In this document: piece by piece, positions 58,153 through 64,000 of the stretch
How positions within the stretch are numbered: position 1 is the first letter of the stretch
How the letters are laid out: each line of letters begins with the position of its first letter
Notes under the pieces: model-generated
Told to the model about the DNA's origin: nothing
Databases searched by the model: none
What the model saw: the letters and a program-made list of their open reading frames with translations, nothing else
Assembly (NCBI GenBank): GCA_041690595.1
Contig: JAWLHB010000001.1
Span: 62,001-126,000, forward strand
Source of the DNA: Lentisphaeria bacterium
Lineage (GTDB): Bacteria > Verrucomicrobiota > Lentisphaeria > JABSQK01 > JAWLHB01
DNA: 64,000 nt
Direction: 5' to 3'
Program-made: the position numbers and the translations under genes

Positions 58153-59544
58153 TCAGGAAGCAATGTTGACGGTGCGGGTGGTGAGACGGGCAGCCTCGAT
58201 TTCCTGCCGCAGTTGCAGGCGGACGATGGCTTCGGTGGCGGATTGTTTGCCGTTCAGTACGGCTTCCACTTCCGGAAAGAGCAGGCGGGACTCGGATTGA
58301 CCGGATTGCTCCCGGTTGGCGGGTTTGCTGTGACTGGCAAGGCTGGTGAAGATATCGAGAGGACCAAGTGGACAGTGCCGTTGCGCCATGAGGGCGCGGG
58401 ATTCGGGTCTTGCCGGCAGCAGGTGGTAGCTGTCCGCAAGCTCGTCCTGCCTTTTGTCCGCCGTCAACCACGCGATGGCTTCCCATGCTTCCAGAGGGCG
58501 GGGCGTGTGGGCGGACTGGAAGAGCTCCATGCCCATTTCCAGAACATGGCCATCCGGTTCGCATGGATAGGGCAGGACGCACAGATCCTGATGCCGATTG
58601 CGTTCCAGCAGACCCGGCAGGCCGGAGATGAGGGTAGGCCAGAAAGGGACCACGCCGGAGGCCACACGGTCCAAATTGAAGGGCTCCTGCGGAAAAGTAC
58701 GATCCAGGATACGTTGCAGCAAGGCAACCTGTGCCGAGGTGGGCGAGCGTTTGTTCAGCGGCAGTATTCCGCAACTGGAGAGCAGGTGCGTGGTGAACCA
58801 GTGCATGATGAGCGGCGACTCGCGATCTTGCGTCAGCAGTTGGGTAGCGTCGAGAAACTCGCGCCAACTCCAGCGGGTCGGAACCTGCTTGCCGAGGTAG
58901 AAAGCGACCGTTGGCCGATGTGCCAGCAGGCAAGGCAGGCTGCTGCCATAGGGGAGTCCGTCACCAGATAGCTGTCTCCCCGAGAAGGTCAACGGCTGGG
59001 CCCATCCCTGTTGAACCAACTCCGGGCCGAACCATGATGGAGCCTGCAGGAGATCGACCCCCTCAAGATTCTCCACAATCCGCGACATTGTCCAGTGAGC
59101 GTTCAGGTTCCATGGCACCAGTTCGAGTGAGGCGGAGGGATGTTCTGCGTGAAACGCTTCCGCCCAGCATTCCCAACGGGTCCGGATTCCGACGGCACTG
59201 CCGGGGCAGAGATCCATCAGCATGATGCGAAGGTGATGGTTTGCATCGTCTTGCGGTCGGCTGAAGGCTGCCCGCTCCAGCGGATCCCAAGGTGCATGGT
59301 CCTCGGCCTCACAGCTATCGCCCGGCGACGGGCGAATGTAGCGAATGCGGCCTCCGGGACGCTGGAAAACGCGTTCCGTCTCTTCCAGGTACGCCAAGAC
59401 TGGCCGCAGCGCCACTCGGCTGGTTTTCAGTTCACCCACGAGCTGGCGTTCGGAGGGCAAACGCTCTACCTGCGGACTGTTGAGATAGCGTTTTTCTATC
59501 TCCGCGAGGAGATTCCGTCCAAGGGAGGTAAGTGGGGTCACCAT
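58153..59544 (-). CDS. GntR-family wHTH fused to a solute-binding-protein-like effector domain
   Basis: 'RLPSERQLVGELKTSRVALR'; 'EAFHAEHPSASLELV', 'LPYG', 'WSWREFL', 'EAWEAIAWL' resemble the sugar SBP (type II fold) pattern. Confidence 0.75.
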   Translation of the reverse strand: MVTPLTSLGRNLLAEIEKRYLNSPQVERLPSERQLVGELKTSRVALRPVLAYLEETERVFQRPGGRIRYIRPSPGDSCEAEDHAPWDPLERAAFSRPQDDANHHLRIMLMDLCPGSAVGIRTRWECWAEAFHAEHPSASLELVPWNLNAHWTMSRIVENLEGVDLLQAPSWFGPELVQQGWAQPLTFSGRQLSGDGLPYGSSLPCLLAHRPTVAFYLGKQVPTRWSWREFLDATQLLTQDRESPLIMHWFTTHLLSSCGILPLNKRSPTSAQVALLQRILDRTFPQEPFNLDRVASGVVPFWPTLISGLPGLLERNRHQDLCVLPYPCEPDGHVLEMGMELFQSAHTPRPLEAWEAIAWLTADKRQDELADSYHLLPARPESRALMAQRHCPLGPLDIFTSLASHSKPANREQSGQSESRLLFPEVEAVLNGKQSATEAIVRLQLRQEIEAARLTTRTVNIAS

Positions 59545-59609
59545 GGTATTTGTTCCGTTGGATGATTCGTGCCGATCAAATACCATAAATACCAAGGTGA
59601 CTTTTTCAA
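59543..59609 (-). promoter_or_regulatory. Promoter and triple TGGTATTT operator-like sites upstream of the GntR-SBP gene
   Basis: Minus strand TTGAAA(59609-59604)-16 bp-TATGGT(59587-59582); tandem TGGTATTT x2 over the -10 and a third, inverted copy at the start codon. Confidence 0.6.
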
Positions 59610-59621
59610 GCTATTATGGTC

Positions 59622-60689
59622 TTAATATTTCGCATAATCTCGACAAGCTTGGGTGTATGCCATGATGTTCTCCCATGGCACTTCAGGTTCGAGAAGGTGA
59701 GTCGGCGTGGGCCACAGGCCGCCGGTTGGGCCGGCGATGTCGAGATGATGCCATACCAGCCGCCTGACCTCGTCGGGTGAGCTGTGTGGCATGGTGGTCT
59801 GGGTGCCGATCGTGCCCCAGAAGCTGAGCCGGTCGCCATACTCGGCGTGGATGGAGGTGAAGTCCATGCACTCGGGCTGTACGGGGTTGAGAACGTCGAT
59901 ACCAGCCTCTATGAAGTCCCCGATAAGGGGGGTGACGTGTCCGCACGAATGGTAGGAGACGATCACCTCTGGGTTCAGCCGGCGAGCTGTCTCGATGACC
60001 TTGGCCAATCGGGGCTTGAGCCACTCACGATACATGGAGGCGGAGATCATCAAACCCCGTTGTGTGCCGACATCGTCGCCGATATGCACGTGTTCGGCTC
60101 CGGCCTCGATATAGGCGGCGATGCGGCTGCAGGAGTGATTGGTGATGGTGTCAAGCAGAAAGGCAGCCTTGGGGTCATCGTTCATCATGTCCATCATGAG
60201 CGGTTCCATGCCACGGATGTACCATGCCGTCTCCCAGATGGTCATGGCCATGTGCGCCTCGGGCAGGAGGCCCGCTGCGTGGATCTCTCTGGCGCGGGCG
60301 GCCAGGGGAGCGGTATCCAGATGGTTGAAATCCGGCCACGGGTAGGCCTGCAGTTGTTCAAGGCTGTCACCGTGTTGCAGCGGGTGGCGCATACGCGTCA
60401 TGTGTCTGGCCGCGGCGCTGCCGGGCTCGTGGGCCACGCCATAGTTGGTGAAGGTCGTTCCCGGAGCCAGCTTCTCCGGGTAGTAGTCGCCCCAGTCCGG
60501 CGGCAATGCGTGGTGCCCACCCAGAAAGCCGATGACGCGGTTCGGAAAGCCGAAGTATTCTTCCACTGAGGTCGCCCCGGTCTTCTCGTGAAAGATCTTC
60601 TGGAGATCCGGGCAGAGCGAGAAGAAGGGGGGGACATACTGGTAACCCTGACGCCGAAGCAGCGCGCGCAGATTATCGCGTGGTGTCAT
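59622..60689 (-). CDS. Uroporphyrinogen decarboxylase-like (URO-D/MtaA-CmuA fold) protein
   Basis: 'MTPRDN', 'IWETAWYIRGME', 'GDDVGTQ', 'YHSCG', 'GIDVLNPVQPE', 'FWGTIGTQ', 'VPWENI'. Confidence 0.85.
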   Translation of the reverse strand: MTPRDNLRALLRRQGYQYVPPFFSLCPDLQKIFHEKTGATSVEEYFGFPNRVIGFLGGHHALPPDWGDYYPEKLAPGTTFTNYGVAHEPGSAAARHMTRMRHPLQHGDSLEQLQAYPWPDFNHLDTAPLAARAREIHAAGLLPEAHMAMTIWETAWYIRGMEPLMMDMMNDDPKAAFLLDTITNHSCSRIAAYIEAGAEHVHIGDDVGTQRGLMISASMYREWLKPRLAKVIETARRLNPEVIVSYHSCGHVTPLIGDFIEAGIDVLNPVQPECMDFTSIHAEYGDRLSFWGTIGTQTTMPHSSPDEVRRLVWHHLDIAGPTGGLWPTPTHLLEPEVPWENIMAYTQACRDYAKY

Positions 60690-60690
60690 G

Positions 60691-62154
60691 TCATTCCTGG
60701 GTTATTTCTTCGAGGAGGATGTTGCGGAACCATGCTTTTCCCGTGCCGCGCAGATGCAAGCCGATAAGCATGTAGTCGGTCTCCTGGCTGTTATGGATCA
60801 GCAGCTCGATGGTGGTCCATGCCGTTGTGCCGGAGAGTTGCGTGGAAGCGACGGAGCTTGTGGCATCTGGCGGGGAAAAGAGGAAGGCGGATCCCTGCAG
60901 CCAGGCGGCGCCGCTCAGCGATTCCGTCTTCACGTCGGCGCGAAAGCGATAGTTGCAGCCGTCATGCATCATCAGGCTGGGGCCGCAGGAGGTGCTTGTC
61001 AGTTCTGCTCTCGCGTCGCGTCCAGTCAGGAGGATGGCGCTTTCCGCCTTATCCCAGGTGACGGTACCATACGGCTGGGGATGGACGTACCAGTAGTTGC
61101 CGACCAGCACCTGAGTGGGGGCGATCGGCTTGCTGAAGTCGCTCACCTCACCGCCAATCAGAGCGAGTGACTGAAAAGGCTGCACCTGGCGTCCGGCGCC
61201 GCGGATGTTGTTCAGGTAGCGCCAGCTCTCGTACGCCTCGTCGGTGTCGCCCATGTCGATCATGCGGGACTCCTGGAGGAGGCTGGCGGCGAGTGGCTCG
61301 GGGATGGAGAAGATGCGATAGTGCGCCCGCCAGTGATACCTGCCATCGGCTTCCAGCGGCGTGGGGTTATTCATCCAGATATGCTCGTCGTACCAGCATG
61401 AGCAGGTACTGCTGGAGAGATTGCGGGTATGGCTGCCGAGGATCTCGATCACGGGGTTGCTTCGATGGCGCACACCCAGCCCCAGGAAGCCGCCGACCGC
61501 GATGCGTCGCTGGCCCTCCTGATCCATGTTGCCTGGAAGATTCGGCACCAGGGGGTTGTGCGGGAAGTTCCGCAATCCGTCGGGATGCTGCCAGATGACG
61601 TGATGCAGATCGACATCCGCCGGCCAGAACTCGCCCGCGCCGCGACTCCAGATGTTACTGAACTCGATACCATACGGTTTCAGCATTGCCAACTCGGCCG
61701 TGTACTCCAGCATGTAGCAGCCCCACGCGGGGTCGTAACTGACGACCAGTTCGTGGAAGCCGCTCTCGTCCGCGCCGAATTCCTCGTCGATGCGGATGGA
61801 GAGAGTCGAGCCTCCTTGCTCGCCAAAGGTGATCCGGTTGCTCGCGGAGCAGACCGCCTGTCGACCGTCGAGGCGCCAGTTGTTGACGATGGTGGTGCCG
61901 CGGATGGAGGGGTTGTGGTAGGGGCGGCGTATCTCGTCGCTTACTCCGTTGCGCCCATCGGGATACCACTCGCGCCAGTCGAAATAGAGGCTGTCGCGGC
62001 TGAGGGTGGCGAGGGTTCGGTCGCCATCGTAGATGACGATGAACTCATCCTGGTCGCGTGTATGAAAGGAGGGCGTATGGGCGGCGGTGGCGAAACGGAC
62101 GTCGCCACGGCGGGATTCGAGATAAGATGGTGCCTGAAACATGGTGAAATCCAC
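60691..62154 (-). CDS. Hypothetical protein with C-terminal carbohydrate-binding-like (CBM4/9-type) domain
   Basis: 'YRFRADVKTESLSG...SGTTAWT...LRGTGKAWFRNILLEE' is a beta-jelly-roll pattern; 1 bp from the downstream gene; alternative start at 62142. Confidence 0.55.
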   Translation of the reverse strand: MDFTMFQAPSYLESRRGDVRFATAAHTPSFHTRDQDEFIVIYDGDRTLATLSRDSLYFDWREWYPDGRNGVSDEIRRPYHNPSIRGTTIVNNWRLDGRQAVCSASNRITFGEQGGSTLSIRIDEEFGADESGFHELVVSYDPAWGCYMLEYTAELAMLKPYGIEFSNIWSRGAGEFWPADVDLHHVIWQHPDGLRNFPHNPLVPNLPGNMDQEGQRRIAVGGFLGLGVRHRSNPVIEILGSHTRNLSSSTCSCWYDEHIWMNNPTPLEADGRYHWRAHYRIFSIPEPLAASLLQESRMIDMGDTDEAYESWRYLNNIRGAGRQVQPFQSLALIGGEVSDFSKPIAPTQVLVGNYWYVHPQPYGTVTWDKAESAILLTGRDARAELTSTSCGPSLMMHDGCNYRFRADVKTESLSGAAWLQGSAFLFSPPDATSSVASTQLSGTTAWTTIELLIHNSQETDYMLIGLHLRGTGKAWFRNILLEEITQE

Positions 62155-62169
62155 GATGAAAGGTTGAGT

Positions 62170-63999
62170 TCAGTTGGGGAGCGTTGCCGTCAATTCCGTA
62201 CCTGTAGTCCGTGGCGGATTCGTTGCCCAACGTTTCTCGCAAATAAAGCCTTCTTCGGTTCGCGCGTATGCAAGGTATTCGGTCTGCAGGTCCCAGAGCA
62301 GCTCCACCTCCCGATCTTCCCACGAAAGGTGCAGGTGGCGCTGACTTTCGTAGGTGGAGTCGAGTATCGTGGCGGCCTGGCAACTGGAGCGGAACTGGGA
62401 AAAGCCGTTGCGGAAGCGGTCGAGGGAGCCCATGCAGATGACGGCGCCGCCGCCGGTCTGGCGCAGTTCTGCGGGCTCAAAGTCGCGAGCGGGGCCATTA
62501 TAGTTGGCAATGGTGAGGCAGAGGAATCTGCCGATGGGACGGACAGTCAGCAGTGGCTGGTCTCCATGAATTCGCGATACCAGGGGATGAATCCCCACGA
62601 AGCTTTCGCCGTCACGCAGAAATACCCATTGCGCCTTGGTGCTGCTGCCGCGGCGGTGGGGACAATGGCTTTCTCCGAGCCAGACTTCTTCCACCGGGCC
62701 GAACCACTCCGAGACCATGACGCAGGTGCGCAGACTGGAGATGCCGCGCAATATCTCCTCCCCCGCCGCATACCAGCAGACGGCGAGCGGTCCGCTCTGC
62801 AACGCGCCTCCGCGACCCTGTTCCGCCAGGTTGCCGCCGTATTCGGGTTGGTCAAAGCACTGCTCCAAGGCATCGTCAATTGTGTAGCGCAGGTAGAGAG
62901 TGCGCAGATCTTCGAGCCCGTTTCTGCCGCTGCCGCGTCGCCAGACGGCATGGCAGGTGTCGCTTTGTCCGGTCATCTGCTGCGTCGCTGTGCCAAGTCC
63001 GCAGCTCTTGTCCATGTAGCCGAAGAGATGGGTGCGGCCACGGGGAAAGAGAACGGCGGTTGGCAGGTGGGCGGTTCCGCCGCCAGCGGCGCCTCTCGCA
63101 TACCAGCCGCCCATCTGTTTGGCTTCGGCCTCCGTTACATCGCTTCGCTGCTCGTACCCGCGGTAGGCGGAGAGGGTGGTGGTGGTCTGGTAGGTGAACG
63201 GGAGCGCCTTGTTCAGGGCGAGTTCGAGGGCGTCTGGAGGCGGATTGTAGCGTATGCTCGCATAGATGCCCAGATGGGCCTGCATGAAGGGGAGCACCGC
63301 ATCTTGGGATGCACATGCCTCGGCACTGGTGAAGACTCCGAGTTTAGCTGGAGAGGGAGATGCCGCCTCGCCGAAACCGAGCCAGGCCAGGCAGTGGAGG
63401 CCCGAGTAACCGCCCATGCTGTTGACCGTGTAGCTGCGGCCGGAAGGAGCAGCCGGATGGTGCAGCACGGGATGCCAGCAGAGGGCCAACTCGTTCCAGA
63501 GATGGTGCTCGATCTGTTCTGCCAGAATCCGCACCTCGGCATCCCTGGCCAGCCAGCGCAGAGTGCCCGCGGCAAAGAGGGTGACCGGGAGGTAGTTCAG
63601 GCTGAAGTACTCCCTGCAAACACCATTCTCCCGCAGGAAATGGGCGAACATGCGCAGGTATTTCAGGGCGCGCTCCCTGTAATCCGGACGCTCCTGAATG
63701 GCCGCGGCCTCCAAGAGGCCGAAAGTGTTCAGCAGACCGCAGTTTTCCGTGTAGCGGAAAAGATGCTCGCATGCGTGTGGCAGAATGGCGGCGAAACTGG
63801 ATTCCAGGAGTTGCCTGGCGCCAGGGCTCAACTTGTCCCCATGGAGCCTCAGCAGCAGAGGGGCAAAGAAGGCCGAGAAGTCGTTGCCGTCGTCGATGCT
63901 CGTTTCAAGAATGCGATTGGCGAGGGAGATATGCCGGCAGCTGCCTTCATACAGGCTCAGGCAGTGCCACTCACGCTCGCGTATGCCGGGGATCTGGCC
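62170..63999 (-). CDS. Hypothetical protein (helical N-terminal part, beta-rich C-terminal part); 5'-truncated
   Basis: Frame stays open to the window edge; 'YTENCGL', 'REYFSLNY', 'APSGRSY' suggest an alpha/alpha-toroid (lyase-like) fold, low certainty. Confidence 0.55.
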   Translation of the reverse strand, partial: GQIPGIREREWHCLSLYEGSCRHISLANRILETSIDDGNDFSAFFAPLLLRLHGDKLSPGARQLLESSFAAILPHACEHLFRYTENCGLLNTFGLLEAAAIQERPDYRERALKYLRMFAHFLRENGVCREYFSLNYLPVTLFAAGTLRWLARDAEVRILAEQIEHHLWNELALCWHPVLHHPAAPSGRSYTVNSMGGYSGLHCLAWLGFGEAASPSPAKLGVFTSAEACASQDAVLPFMQAHLGIYASIRYNPPPDALELALNKALPFTYQTTTTLSAYRGYEQRSDVTEAEAKQMGGWYARGAAGGGTAHLPTAVLFPRGRTHLFGYMDKSCGLGTATQQMTGQSDTCHAVWRRGSGRNGLEDLRTLYLRYTIDDALEQCFDQPEYGGNLAEQGRGGALQSGPLAVCWYAAGEEILRGISSLRTCVMVSEWFGPVEEVWLGESHCPHRRGSSTKAQWVFLRDGESFVGIHPLVSRIHGDQPLLTVRPIGRFLCLTIANYNGPARDFEPAELRQTGGGAVICMGSLDRFRNGFSQFRSSCQAATILDSTYESQRHLHLSWEDREVELLWDLQTEYLAYARTEEGFICEKRWATNPPRTTGTELTATLPN

Positions 64000-64000
64000 C

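Overview
GC-rich bacterial DNA, gene-dense, with about 45 CDSs; the genes at both window edges are truncated. I saw no rRNA, tRNA, CRISPR array or transposase. The gene content suggests a PVC-superphylum (Lentisphaerae/Planctomycetota-like) glycan degrader; this is inference. It includes six DUF1559/H-X9-DG prepilin-like genes, four GntR regulators, two URO-D-like proteins, GH2, GH29, GH35, three heparinase II/III-like proteins and several unclassified putative glycoside hydrolases. The main pattern is a recurring cassette: (GntR with operator-like repeats over its own promoter) -> H-X9-DG prepilin-like gene(s) -> large secreted carbohydrate-active gene(s). It occurs at about 8-16 kb, 19-26 kb and 59.5-51.4 kb, and without GntR at 51.3-46.8 kb. 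No SusC/D pair or complete sugar ABC importer accompanies it. One cassette holds three tandem prepilin genes with a mosaic signature: the leader and N-terminus of genes 1 and 2 are nearly identical, while genes 1 and 3 share the globular domain. Housekeeping-type genes are interspersed (PNP, dCMP deaminase, PAP2, Era, SWIM-SNF2, OppD/OppF-like ATPases). All family assignments come from motif recognition by eye, not database searches.
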